A stretch of 64,000 nt of DNA from Octopus bimaculoides (GCF_001194135.2 NC_068990.1:31502831-31566830); one strand, 5' to 3'. Positions 25,310 through 39,366 are shown, numbered from the stretch's first letter. Numbers and translations: made by a program. Notes: a model not told the origin generated them from the letters alone.

Positions 25310-25789
25310 GAATTAAAAAATAAAAGTAATAATTTTAACACATGCATGCACACACACATACACACACACACATAATAAACAAGATTATATATTCTGAGTA
25401 TACTGGAGTATTCCAATGGATCATAAAGTAATCTTTGTATTGACCTCTGGTACACTTTGATGATTTTCCACCCAAGGTATTTTAAAATGCAAGATTATAT
25501 ATTTATATATGTTTTGTAGTTTTAATTTTGGTTGAGAAATAAAGCAATTGTAGGTGGAGATGTTAATTAATTAATGAATTAATTTGTATCCATTAGATCT
25601 CTCCATTTCCAAACTTAATAATAATATTTGATATTTTATGATATTTTATATAATATACTCATTGAAGAAATATCTCTTCAAAATACAATATATCAAATCA
25701 GTGTATCTTGGATAAAAACATCCTTATAAGAGGTCTAAATATCCTTATAGTGACTATATATATATATATATTTGAGAACACAGTCTCCC

Positions 25790-27763
25790 ACATATGGTCA
25801 AAACACACACCCTCACGACTTATAAATAACAGTCGATGTAGGATTCCAAAACAGAGAAAAGCACTCATCAGGAGAATAAAAAGAATAAACTTATAAATCA
25901 ATACTGTAAAAACACCATCAGAGGCACCCTCAATTGAGAACGAGCTGCAGAGGAAGCCTGGGCTATTAAAAACATCAAGAATTATCCTAAGGTCTTTTAC
26001 TCCTTTGCAAAAACACATAGGATCCCAGTTTCCTCTATTGGCCCTCTGGTTGAGAGAAATGGCATCCTTCACAGTGATGCCAAAGATACGGCTGAGATCC
26101 TGCAAAGTCAATACTGCTCTGTTTTCAGTGATCCTGATTTAGTTGGCTCAAGCAGTTTTGCTTCATTGAATCCTCAACATGCCCTTTCCAACATAACCTT
26201 CGACACCACTGATATCCTAGCAGCAATAAAAGAAATCAAACCTGATTCAGCAGTGGATCCGGACAGGTTCCCTGCTAGAGTGCTGAAGGAATGCACACAG
26301 CAACTTGCAGCTCCTCTTACAAATCTCTGGAGGAAATCACTGGTTGCTGCTTTTATCCCTCAAAACCTTCTCTCCCAGTCAGTCGTTCCTATCTTTAAAA
26401 AAGGGAATAAATTGCTCCCTGTAAACTACCGTCCAATCTCTCTCACCTCACATATCATCAAAGTATTTGAATGAGTGATGAGATCAAGAATAACAGTCTT
26501 CCGAGAACAAAACCTTCTAAATTCCAGCCAGCATGGCTTTTGTGATGGGAGTGACTGTCTAACACAGCTCCTCCACCACTTTGATGACATCTTAAATGTA
26601 CTGAGGGCTCCAACACTGATGTTATATACCTTGATTTCAGCAAGGCCTTTGACAGAGTCGACCACAATATACTGTTAAAGAAACTATCCAATGCTGGAGT
26701 CTGTGGAATGCTACTTCAATGGATTAGGTATTTCGTAACAAACAGGACTCAGTATGCTGGTATCCACCCAAGACCAGCAAAAATGTCATCAGTGGAGTCC
26801 TGCAGGGTGCTGTGCTGGGTCCACTTCTTTTTATTTTCTATATCAATGACATTGCAGATTCCATTGAACATAGCACCATTAAAACATTTGCAGATGACTC
26901 TAAGCATATGATCGAACAATGCTTCAATTGGACCTATGCGCAGTAACCCAGTGGGCACAGAAAACAATATGCAGTTGAACGAAGAAAAATCTGAGTTCAT
27001 CCACTTTGGGAGAGAGGGCACACTCAAACAACCATACACACTATCGTTGAGAGACCTACTTGAACTGTTGGATAATATCAGAGACTTAGGTGTAACTGTC
27101 GACAGCAACCTTAGCTAGAGTGTGCCCATCAACAAAAAAAGTCAATGTTGCCTGCAGAATGTGCTCATGGATCCTCAGAACTTTTCAATCTAGGGATCAT
27201 GAAACCATCATCCTTCTCTTCTTCACATTCACAGGTCCCCACCTTGAATACTGCTGCCTATTGTGGTTCCTCTACAAAAAACAAGACATAATGAAGATCG
27301 AAGCACCACAAAGATCAATCACTAAAAAAATAAATGGCATGACATGACTTGATCTTTGGGTTCGACTTAAACAGCTGAAACTCTATTCTCTGCAACACTG
27401 CCATGAGCGATACATTATTTGCACCACGTGGAAAATATTCCACTAATATTATCCAAATAATATCGGTATTATGTTTACAATTCACCCAAGACTAGGCCTC
27501 CATGCAATGCGTCCCCTACAAAGGTCAAGATCATAACATTGCAACAAAAAGATACCACAACTTTCAAACAATACCTAGACAAATTCCTTCAGGAAATACT
27601 GGATAAACCACCTACACCTGGATATATCACATCCAACAACAAATTTCTGCTTGAGTGGTTCATGGCATCCCAAAATAATTAACAAAACACTTTTCCAGAT
27701 GATGCTATTGAGTTAGTTATAGCCTGGGCCAATAATGGCTGAAACCAATCTAAGTTATCTAAG

Positions 27764-27775
<12 letters not shown>
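25790..27775 (+). mobile_element. CR1-like LINE, RT domain to 3' end, pseudogenised
   Basis: YRPISLTSHIIKVFE; QHGF; YLDFSKAFDRVDH; QGAVLGPLLF..YINDI; FADDSK; short repeated tail TCTAAGTTA. Confidence 0.92.
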
Positions 27776-27807
<32 letters not shown>

Positions 27808-27870
27808 NNNNNNNNNNNNNNNNNNNNNNNNNNNNNNNNNNNNNNNNNNNNNNNNNNNNNNNNNNNNNNN

Positions 27871-27916
<46 letters not shown>

Positions 27917-28053
27917 AAGCATATATAGGTAAACCAGAAAGAACAACATCAAAGATAATTTTCTAGTTGTCTATATGTATTAAAAGGCTTGCATTGTTTA
28001 AAATATCCTTATTCCCAAAGTTTCATTCTTATTTATTCCATCTTCGTTTCCAG

Positions 28054-28185
28054 TATCTGTGTATTAGGAAAACTCACTGAAATTTTTGGGAAACTTACTA
28101 TCAAATTCATTGTTGTGTACTTATAACAAAGATGCAATGTTATATTTTGTGTGATGTGACTACTTTCTTGAACTTGACATGTTAA
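28054..28185 (+). other. Candidate non-coding exon upstream of the LicD-like pseudogene
   Basis: Acceptor TCTTCGTTTCCAG and donor AA|GTAAGT; all frames are closed; next strong acceptor ends at 29536. Confidence 0.3.
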
Positions 28186-28658
28186 GTAAGTCAAGGACAT
28201 TAAAGATAAAGCACATAACAGAAGTAAATATAACTAGGATACTGGGCAGTTTACTCATGTTCTTATCACAAGCCCATTTTGGAAATAAAACAATAACATG
28301 CTGACATTTTATAATGCATAATATTCATGAAAAGGCCATATCTGTCACTTTGATGGTTTATGTATGTTGCACTAGCGCTAAAAATAACATTGTCAGGTTG
28401 CATTAAGAGCAAAGCTGCTTTCTCCATTATAGTATAGATAGAATATCATTAAACCATCCCAGGCATAGACTGACATCAATGCTTTAAAGGCATCATTGCA
28501 TATTAGGCAATGCTAAACACACCATATAAAGATTTAAACAATCTTCTCCCTCTCAAGGGTTGAAAGAATGAAGTGTAAGTACTAAAACTTTAATGTTCAC
28601 ACACACACACACTCTCTCCCTCTCAATCACACACACACACATGCATATGCACATGTAT

Positions 28659-28693
<35 letters not shown>

Positions 28694-29849
28694 TAACAAT
28701 CACTAAGTTGATTTTGAACAGTTTGTTTCAGAGAGATATATGAAATCTCACTTTTTCAAACAATATCTATATTATGTTTCTCTTAATTGTTGAGAACAAT
28801 CAAGACTTTCTTTCATTTACAGACTATTTTTCTTTATTAATTCTAGAATTTAAAGGGTCCTAATGAAATTATAAGTGTTGTACTTCATTATCATTTTATC
28901 AATTTCATATTCTTTTAATAATATAAGAACAATTATGGTGAGTTTTCTGTTCTAGTTATTTCACCGTTCAATAACAATCTTGCCTTTTAATTTGTGCCAA
29001 TTGTAGGTATCAACCAAACTTATAAATAACAGTCTATTTTATTCTAATTAGTACTCAATACCTACTAAACTTAACCAAGATCTTAGTTTTCTCAAGAACA
29101 ACATTATTATTTCAAATCCTAGGTAGTTTATTCAATGAAATAAGCATGATCTTTTCAACTTGCATGTGATGTTTGTCTTTTGCTTTTGAAATCAGACATT
29201 TGGCATTCATTTTAGTGTAACATAAGACTGAAATTTTCTACATTTTATATGATGAACACATTGAACTATCTATGTTAATATTGATTAGATTGTTGTATTT
29301 TAAGGAATCCAATTAGGACATCATGTACAACCATTTCTACCTTCTTAGTCAACATATACTGATCTCCACTAGTTGGGAAAAGACAAACTAACTTATAGCC
29401 TGATCAAAGCTCATAACTTGCAATAACTATACCGAAAACAAATATGACAGCAACAGTAATACTAATAACAAGTTCACATAAGGTATACCACTATTCTGTA
29501 TATCCTTCTTTCACAAACATAACTTTTTCTTTTCAGTCTAGTTCTCTATTGTGATTAAGTCATGACTGGCTATTCTCTGTTACACCAATGCAATTAAATG
29601 TGATGGTATTTTTTACATGAACTGAATTGTTTTCGTCTGTGGATGTTATAAATGGTATTAGTTGCTTCACAAGCAGTGTTAAGGTTGGCAAACACAATGT
29701 TATTTACAGCAGTAACAGAGAACACCAACTTAATCTTATATGAAATTTGTTTATTAATTTTTTTTTAAAGTTTATAGTAACTGAAGGTTTCTCTTGATAA
29801 ACTTTTCTGTTGAAGACATTGTATACCCGACTACAGCAGTTTTGTAACT

Positions 29850-30624
29850 GAGAAGAACCTTTTGCGAATATAAGTCAAAAAAAGTAATTCTAAGATAATA
29901 ATATTTCAATGCTTGCTCTATTGCTTGAACTGTCATTTATACCTTGGGATGATGATGTTGATTCTAATTTATTGCAACGATGTAAGTTAAGGAATTGTTT
30001 TTAAAAGAGAAATTCAGTAATGTTACTAGAGATTAGAGAGAGCCTTTGTATGCTTGCACAATCTGCAAAAAATAGCAACCAAATCTCTTTCAGATCAAAA
30101 AGAGGATATAGATAACATGATCATTGGGGTTAATATTGAGCTGGCTCTATTGATATAAGAACACAATGTCTGGAAAATGAATGCTGTGTTGTGATTTGAA
30201 GTAAAATATGTATGAAAGACTTTAAATGTTTGTTGACCACTGGTAAACACTTGGTTGCCTGGCAAATTAACGCTTTTCACCAGCAAGATATATAATGTTT
30301 CTTGTTTAGTGAACTGAAGTATGGATTGGAAGTAACCTGCAATGAGAAATATTATTTTTTGAACACAGATGAATGTAACCCCCCCCCCCAAAAAAAAAAT
30401 TATATCTAATTTTACAAAACAAGCTTATATAAAGAGAATGACTATCAATCATGGTGTCAAGATTTAGAAGTCTAGTTTCTGTATATGGATCTGAAGATTT
30501 TCTTAATCCCCATAAAAATGTTTGTGACTGTCTTAGAAATTTAAAAACACACGAAACTGGACAAGAAAATGAGTTGAGACTAATTATAGAGAAGTGCAAT
30601 AATAATTACGAAGACAAAAAGTGA
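29850..30624 (+). pseudogene. LicD / fukutin-related nucleotidyltransferase pseudogene
   Basis: FIPWDDDVD at 29936-29962, becoming FIPWDDDVDILIYCND if one base is restored; preceded by NNISML..LL; later SW(P)SIDI near 30140 with a 1-nt shift; multiple stops and frameshifts. Confidence 0.62.
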
Positions 30625-31233
30625 CATTTAAAGAATTTTTTTCAAACAAACGTCTTTCTAGTACAAGTTTAAATGATTTTCTTGTAAGATATGAATTTCT
30701 TTATAAAAAATATCATCACAATTCAGAATTGTTTTACCAGAAAGTATCCAGACCTTTCTTGAGTTGGTATGTATCACATGTTTTCAATTGACTTACAAAT
30801 GCATGAGAAATACACTCAATAAAGTATTAAGAGATATTTCAATGAGTGAATGCATTGTACTAGTGTTAAACATGAGCTAAGGACAGTTAACTTCAGCTAT
30901 TGTAGCTCAGATAGAAAAATACAGCAAAGACACTGTTAGAGAGGGAGTGGTAACAATTGTCAATTTTACTGTGATATTAGGTCAAATCCTACAGAGAGGA
31001 ATAGTAGGATTATGAGATGCTTTAAATAAAAGTCAATTTAACGTTTTGTCAACGATTGTCATCTAAATCATATTAACGAAGTTGTTGAATTTTATTAATT
31101 GCATGTGGTTTTAGGTCATGTTGAAACGCCTGCTGAAAATATTCTGATTAACAACTCATACAGACAGGTGTCTGCTCTGGTAAAAGAGAGACTTTGTTCA
31201 GCTTTTATCTCTTATAATTGCTGGAGAACTCTA

Positions 31234-31398
31234 TAGGCGCAGGAGTGGCTGTGTGGTAAGTAGCTTGCTTACCAACCACATGGTTCCGGGTTCAGTCCCA
31301 CTGCATGGCACTTTGGGCAAGTGTCTTCTACTATAGCCTCGGGCTGACCAAAGCCTTGTGAGTGGATTTGGTAGACAGAAACTGAAAGAAGACCGTCG

Positions 31399-31461
<63 letters not shown>

Positions 31462-31672
31462 TTGTGTGTCTGTGTTTGTCCCCCCCAACATCGCTTGACA
31501 ACCAATGCTGGTGTGTTTACGTCCCCGTAACATAGCAGTTCGGCAAAAGAGACCGATAGAATAAGTACTAGGCTTACAAAGAATAAGTCCTGGGGTCGAT
31601 TTGCTTGACTAAAAAGGTGATGCTCCAGCATGGCCACAGTCAAATGACTGAAACAAGTAAAAGAGTGAAAGA
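31234..31672 (+). mobile_element. SINE family A, young and full length, with internal (TA)n(TG)n
   Basis: Intact head AGGCGCAGGAGTGGCTGTGTGG and tail ACTGAAACAAGTAAAAGAG; CpGs retained. Confidence 0.92.
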
Positions 31673-31689
31673 GAAGTGTTTCTTTGTGC

Positions 31690-32400
31690 CGTGAGTGATA
31701 GAGATAAAGCCTTGGTTAAGATTAATAAATCCAACAGAAGTTTTTGTTTTGGTAGTGGAATGATAGTTATGTGTATTAAGATGGTCAAGTTTTGAGTTAC
31801 TCTAATAGTGGGTATCAGAGCATATATTGAAGTTGTTATTGCAAAAATTGATTTACCTCTTTTTTTTTTAGGTTATAGATCTATGAAAATTGGTGGCATG
31901 GTGTTGGATTTTAAAAGTTATTATAGCTGGATTTTGGATAGATCTGTCCTTAGTTCAGGAGGGTAAAACCTTCTGAGATGATGCATTTCAACAATTAGTC
32001 AAGGAAATCTGTGACACTTGTCTGATTTGTTTTCAGTTTAGAAGACCTCTTGTAGGACCAGTGTTGGGATTGCCTTTTGGGAATAAGCTTAATGACAGAG
32101 TTTATCTTGATCTGAAGAAGTATATTCACAACAAGTCTGGGATTCTGCCTTGTTTTGATGCTGATACTTGATATGCTGCTCCCAGATTAATTAAAGCAAA
32201 GAAACTAGAAGAGATCATTAAGAATATGTTTCTCATGTAGATATTTGATCTTGTAATTCCTAGCTGTTTTTTAACTTACAATAAGTGTGAGTTTAACAAT
32301 GATTATTACAAAAAGACGAATAAGGAATATTGAAAACTACTGCTGTTGCAAACATTTAGTAATGGAACTGTGGAGCTTCACAGCTTGATGGTGGTAGAAA
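31690..32400 (+). mobile_element. Decayed LTR-retrotransposon pol fragment: protease C-terminus followed by integrase
   Basis: FCFGSG..IDLPLF..SMKIGGMVLDF, then EICDTCLIC..GLP..LNDRVYLDLK..FLTYNKCEFNN..SNGTVELH (decayed DNGGEF and SNG-VER motifs). Confidence 0.72.
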
Positions 32401-33319
32401 CAATGCAAAAAAAAAAAAACACTCAGAAGATGAGAAATTTGAGCAAGAGATAGCCCTGACATGCACTATTAGTGTGAAAAATGCTAAATTCAAAGCCATG
32501 TAAATAAATAAACATTACAATTAACAGAGTAATCTAAATAGTAAAGAGTTAATGTTGCTAAATGGCTGGTTGTTATGTAAATGGCTATTAACTGAATCAA
32601 TTGTATCTGTTTATATGGATAGTTGAATTTTTTGCGACATATAAAATCTTCTAGAGTTGCTAAAGTTTAACCCTAAAATTATGTAGATGTTTAAAGCAAG
32701 GTAATATATGATGAAAAACACTTGACAGCTGTACCTGGTCAAGGTCTCAGTTTAATTGCATTAAACAGCACATACTTAAGAGCAGTATGCTCATTCTACA
32801 TACATTATCTGTGACCTTTATCCTTTATAATAAGTGAATTTTGTCTATTGTCATTTCCTTTATTTAGAAGAGACCAATTAGTTTCCCTCTTTAAGAACAT
32901 TTTTATTTGAAGCAAAACACAAGTAACATTTAGTGAAAGATAATGTAACTTATGAGAATGAATCAAAATATTTTTACACTCTGAAAGAAAAGTAAAACTA
33001 ACCCTAAGGTTTATTTTAATTGTACTTAAAGTGCTGAGAATATTATTTGCTATGTCCTGTGATAGAGCCATACAGCAAGATAGAACTTGGAACGATGTAG
33101 TTATAAAGTAAATTATGTATCTACACAGCCATGTCTGATACTAGAACAAATATACACAGTGATGTACAAGTGACAGGTATGGCTGTGTGGATACAGAGTT
33201 TGCATGAACACGTACATGTATGAATGCATACATCCATCTGTTTATTTGTTTATCAATCCATCCATCCATCCGTCCATACAAACTTAAGGCATAAATAAAA
33301 AATGCATACATAATTCTTC

Positions 33320-33515
33320 CTACACTAGGCACTGGACTTGAAATCGTGGTGAGATGGGGATAGTTGATTATATCAATCCCAGTGCTCAACTGGTACTTAT
33401 TTTATTGATCCCCAAGAGATGAACAGGCGATCTTACTAGAATTTGAACTCAGACTGGAAAGCCAGAAGAAATGCTACAAAATTGTGTCTAGTAATGCTAA
33501 CAACTCTGCCAGCTC
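33320..33515 (-). mobile_element. SINE family E
   Basis: Reverse complement of the E core (CTGGTACTTATTTTAT, AATTTGAACTCAGA, CTCTGCCAGCTC). Confidence 0.75.
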
Positions 33516-35444
33516 ATTGATTTCATACATACATAATGTTAACAGTGATACATATAGTAGCATACATATAGTAGAATTTAATTCAATTGAAGAAAAGCTT
33601 TGCTTTCTTCATACTTTGACTTTCTCATTCAAGTCAATTTTGACAAAACTTGTAGTAGCGTCTGTTTGTTTGTTCATCAAGCTATTTGTTGTTCATATTC
33701 TTGGGTTTGCTCTAAGTTATGAACTATTTCAGCATGTTATGTGACTGTGTTAGATAGTAAAGATGGGACCTGTCTATTGATGGTTGGGTAGGTACAAAGT
33801 TGCTCTGTGGTTCTCTTGCATCTTGGGAAGACATAACAATACTAGCTTATCCAGTAAAATATTTATAGGTATGAATTTTAAGCAATTAGAATAGACAAAA
33901 TTTTAAGCAATTAGAATAGACAAAGTAATTAGAATAGAATAGCACCATTGTTTAACACAGCAATATCTGACAGACAATGATAATACCAACTTCACCAAAT
34001 GTGATTTGAGTCCCATGATGGGATCTGTTTCCTATATTTCCCTGTCTTAGTTCATACGCATGCACACACACACACACACATACACACACACACACAATTG
34101 CATATATGTCAGTATGTGTGTATTCATTCATTTGCTTTACATCTATTTTCTATGCTGGCATAGGTTGGATGAGCATTTATTTAAATTAGTACTTTAAATG
34201 TTGGATGTTCTTACTCTCACCACTCCTTTCTTGTTTTACAAGTTAGGGAGCTGTTTTCCCATTATTTTGAGAACACAAAGCTATAAGATATAATGTTCAC
34301 CAGGAATGTAAATGTGACAATATCATTTTATCACTCAGACAATTTCGTGCAAGCAGCCGAAATAAAAACTTTCACACAGCACTTTGATTGTGTAGCAGAC
34401 CAACTTCTGCAGGACTGGAGTACTGCAACAATAATAACAGCTGTGTATTATATGCTTATCATCCTTGTGAGCAAGCCTCTACATGGTTGTTCACCTATAG
34501 CAGCCAACTCTTCAAATTACATCCACCATTATAGAAAAAGGCACAATGCATAATGTTGTCCTGGGTTCATTGCACATAGAAAAAAAGATAGGATAATTAC
34601 AGGGTGGGTAAAGCCTTTAATCATAACATTACTTGATAAAGATGTACCTTGGGCTAAACAACAGCAATATTTTCTACCTCAACCATCACTATGTTTTCCA
34701 CAATTTTGCTATCTTCTTATGCTACATGCCATATCAATAAATAACTATATAAGGTAATGAATGCAGCTGTTAAAACAAAGCTCCAATCAAACAGTTTTTG
34801 ATTCACTTTTGCATGTAATCAGAAATTATTTATACATATCTATTGAAAATTAATATAACTGTCATATTTTATGTCTTTGTTTATTCTAAGATATTTACAC
34901 AATTAAGAGACTTTTATATAAAAATCATTAATAATATGAAAAAGGTCAAAAATTTTGAATTGGATAGTATAAACTAAAAATTTGAAATTGAGAAAAAGAA
35001 ATGTTTCCAATTAAATTTTTCAAAATTCAGTATCTCCTCCTCTTCAAAATTTGATATGTGAACAACCCAGAATATTCATTTTCAGTACGTAAATATAAGA
35101 ACAAAATAAAATATAAAAGCACCAATCACACAGCCACAAATTTCTCGCTTCCATATTTTAAAATTGAGACAAATTTATGTTATTGTGCTTTGTTTTTGTC
35201 ATTAAAGAAAGTAAAGTTAAAAACCAATTTTACATTTAAAGGAATGTAAAATGATAATAATAATAATAACAACAACAACAACAACAGTAATGATGATGAT
35301 GATGATAATGATGATGATTTCTTTTCTTTGCCATGAGGGCAATAAATGAGAGTAACAATACAAAGACAGACAAAAAGTGTGGGGGTTTTCATAGAAAGGA
35401 ATAAGAAGAAAATACAAGCATACATGGTGTATAATATTGGTTTC

Positions 35445-36002
35445 AAATACTGGCACATAGCCAGCGACTTTGAGTGATGGGGTAAGTCAATTACATTGAC
35501 CCCAGTACTCAACTGGTACTTATTTTATTGACCCCAAAAGGATGAAAAGTAAAGTTGACCTTGGTGGAATTTAAAAACAGATGAAATGCCGATAAACATT
35601 TTGCCTAGCATGCTTACGATTCTGCCAGCTCACCGCCTTAATATAGGTTTTTAATTAATTCTTTCTTGCATATATTCCTGTATTTCAATGAAGTAAAATA
35701 TTATCTATTTTAAATATAAAACAAGGGGATATGCACTTACAATAATAATAATAATAATGATAATAATAATAATAATAATAATAATAATTCTTTCTACTAT
35801 AGGCACAAGGCCTGAAATTGTGGGGGAGGTGACTAGTCGATTGCATCAACCCCAGTGTTTCACTGATACTTAATTTATCGATTCCCAAAGGATGAAAGGC
35901 AAAGTCAACCTCGGTGGAATTTGAACTTAGAACATAGCGATAGGCAAAATACTGTTAAGCATTTTGTCCAGCATGCTAACGATTCTGCTAGTTCACCGCC
36001 TC

Positions 36003-36033
<31 letters not shown>

Positions 36034-36246
36034 TCCTTTCTACTACAGGCACAAGACCTGAAATTTGGGGGAGGGGGACAAATCGATTACATAGACGCCA
36101 GTGCTCAGCTGGTATTTATTTCACCAACCCTAAAAGGATGAAACGCAAAGTCAACCTTGGCGGAATTTGAACTCAGAATGTAAAGATGGACCAAATGTTA
36201 CTAAGCATTTTGCCCAACGGGCAAATGATTCTGCCAGCTTGCCACA
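35445..36246 (-). mobile_element. Three co-oriented SINE E copies (about 35445-35640, 35795-36001, 36035-36246); the latter two preceded by (TAA)n
   Basis: Each copy has the E core in reverse complement. Confidence 0.88.
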
Positions 36247-37449
36247 TTAATAATAATAATAACTATGCATAATTATATCTCTGTCCATCCATTCATCTTT
36301 CTGTCTGCCTATCTATCTGTCTAACTGTTAATCTATTTTTCTATTTGCCTATTCTTTCATACATGCACATACATCGTATTTTGATCATATCTTTTAAAAA
36401 ATTATGGTAATTTTTTTTTAAATATACCCTGCTTTGTCTCCTGTTTTGTAATATATATTATACATAATATTAACTAATTTGAAAATATTCAAGCTTAAAA
36501 ACAAAAGTAATTTGGCATACATGTGTAGTTTTATAAAGTATGATAATTTATAAATAGCAAAGACTGGGAAATTTAAAATAATCTGGGTTTCTAATATATG
36601 AGACATATTGACACAGTGAGTCATTATTATCTTCTTAAGTGAAGTACTTCATTCTGTTTACATCAGACCATCTTGCTAGGAAGTAGATATCACTTAATAT
36701 GAAGAATTAATCAGACATTGGCTTGCATCATATCTAAAAGACTTTTTCTCATCAACTAAATGCCAGAAAGCCAGACATAAACACAATTCTTGAGCAGTCA
36801 ACAATGACATGCATCATAATCAGCTATCAGAGAGGAAACTGAAATATTAAGAAAACGCTTAAATCAAGTGATGTAATTTACACTTTATCCATGTTTCATA
36901 ATTTTCTGATTAGTAAGCAAGTCAGTCTAACACCATTATGTGCATATTTTGGTAGATGTTTCAACATTTGAAATTAAATTGTAATGAAATAACAATAATA
37001 CATCTCAACATATTCTTTTATTTTTTTATTCTTTTACTTGTTTCAGTCATTTGACTGTGGCCACTACTTTTATCTGTCTGTCCTTCCTTCTGCCTGTTTA
37101 TTTGTCTGTCTTTTTATCCATCTAGTTTTTAGTCAATCTATCCACTTATTCATACATACACACATAGACACATACATTTAGGTTTATAAACAGTGTAAAG
37201 AAGTACAGAGTATGAGTAGTTTATTCATTTAAAGCTGAGGCTTTACTTCATTGTTATTCTCAATTTTCCATATCTGTTCCTTTCTTCACAGTATAGATAT
37301 TGCAAGACATCTCATCTAATACACCAACAGTTCTGCCAACCTACCACCTAGCATAGCAATACACTAGGTAACACTAAAATAAATCCCCATGGAAGAAAGA
37401 TAAGTAAACCACATTCTACAAATGTCAAAAGGTGTGTTCTGATCCACCA

Positions 37450-38095
37450 CCTATAAGTGTAATAATCGGTTATGCAAGAGAAATATAGTATGGTTCAACC
37501 CTCCCTTTGCACTGAACATCGCGTCTGACTTATCCAGCATCTTCTTTAGGGCAAATTATAGCTGTTGTGAACAACACAAATTATAGCATATAGTGAACAA
37601 CATGGTATCTTATCCTAAAAATTCAGCAGAACTAGGGGCACATAATAAAATCCCACCTATTCAAAATTTCACATGACTTTGTAACTGTTGAACATCTTCC
37701 ATGTGTTCTCTTGACAATCACTGCCTAAGGAAGAACATAATATATAAGGAGACTGTTATCACCAACAATAATACCTTCCACTACATAGGAACTACGTCTT
37801 CACAATTTAAATGCAAATATTACAATCCTGTCCACTAGTTTAAGAACCTCAGTAAGCATATGTCCACAGCACTGGTCGAGCTGATATGGAACTTAAAACT
37901 GAAGAGGGCTCCATACAAGATTTATTGGTCTGTCATGCAATCTGCACTCTCATGCACAAGAGGAGTGGGTGAATGCAATCTATGCAAAGTCGAAGCAGTA
38001 GAGATATTATATAAGGGTAATACCATTAACAAAGGAAATGAAGTTCTGGTACAGTATCCACACAAATATTCAAGGACCTTCACAAAACTTATACA
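37450..38095 (+). mobile_element. Penelope-like element, GIY-YIG endonuclease region, decayed
   Basis: RNIVWFNPPF; CLRKNIIYK; HYIGTT; STALVELIWNLK; CNLCKVE; INKGNEVL. Confidence 0.85.
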
Positions 38096-38339
38096 GTCTT
38101 TTTCTTTTTTCCTTCACCCCTCAGTTATTTTTCTTCCACCCCTTAGCTATTGTTCCTCCTGTATAAAGAAATAGCCCCAGTATCTTGTATACTATATGGC
38201 TATCCTGCACAAATAAATATTTACATATTTTTACTGCTTATGTTTGCTTCACTTGATATATTTCTGAAATTAAACATTTTAATGTACAAAATATAATTCA
38301 CATTATTACATATACTATACACTTATGTAAAAAAAATAT

Positions 38340-38612
38340 TATGTTTATTGACTGTCGCCAAAATGATCACAGCATCAATGGAAAGTTCAATACCAACTTG
38401 CTAAGGCAGTTATGAAAGGCTATCAAGATCAAGCGTCCAGAAAAATTGATGAATGGAGTCCTTAGTTTCAATGGCTGCTGTGCGTGACTGTCTTTAAAAC
38501 TGGTTGATCACCCTCTCTATGTTAGTGATTTGGTTCCATCTAATTATCATCTGTTTCCCAACATGGAAAAACACTCAGCTGGGCACCAGTATCAATGTGA
38601 TGATGATGTCTT
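38340..38612 (+). mobile_element. mariner catalytic-domain fragment
   Basis: NLLRQL*KAIKIKRP; HPLYVSDLVPSNYHLFPNM (decayed HPPYSPDLAPSDYHLF). Confidence 0.8.
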
Positions 38613-38987
38613 ATCAGACTCAGAGAAAGAGAGACATTTTGTTACCAACAGGGTTAATGGCAGAGGAGAACTTGTGAACAATTCATATGGCCTCTATTAC
38701 AAATGCAATGTCTGCAGTTCATGCTGAAATCCATCTCTCCATGTGTGTGTGTGTGTGTGTGTGATGGAGTTTTCCAAAGAATTTTGTCTCTGACATATTG
38801 GTCATATACATAATCAACATTGCTATTTTTCTTCTAATTCTGTTTGTACATGATCTCATCTAAATTACCCAATGAAGATAAATATGCTTTGCTGATGAGT
38901 TCTAAAAAAGAACAGAACATTTCTTTCACTAATTATCTTTGAAGGCAGAACCATTCCTAAATGCATTGACATTATTTATAAATAAGA

Positions 38988-39190
38988 CAGTGAGTTGGCA
39001 GAATCGTTAGCATGCTAGGCTCAGTGGTATTTTGTCTGTCTTCACATTCTGAGTTCAAATTCCAACTTTCCCTTTTGTCTTTTCAGGGTTGATTAAATAA
39101 GTAGCAGTTATACACTGGGGTTAATATAATTGACTTACCTCCTTCCCCCACCAAATTTCAAGCCTTGTGCCTATAGTAGAAAGGATTATT
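38988..39190 (+). mobile_element. SINE family E with GCCTTGTGCCTATAGTAGAAAG tail
   Basis: Head GTGAGTTGGCAGAATCGTTAGC; core shared with other E copies. Confidence 0.85.
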
Positions 39191-39366
39191 TACAAAAATT
39201 TGAAGTAGGTGATATTGTTGGTGTTGTCTTCCTTATTTGATATCTTTAAATTCACCTAGTAAGGGCTTGTGTATTTTTATTGAAGGGTAACTGCAGTTAA
39301 GTGAAGAGATTCACTAAACTGCAGTAACTCACTATATAACATATACAAGACTCTACAGTTTTTTCA

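Noticed and set aside
32805-32981. Strong minus-strand acceptors here and near 36838
   Set aside because: No donor or partner exon found; such acceptors are common by chance in AT-rich DNA
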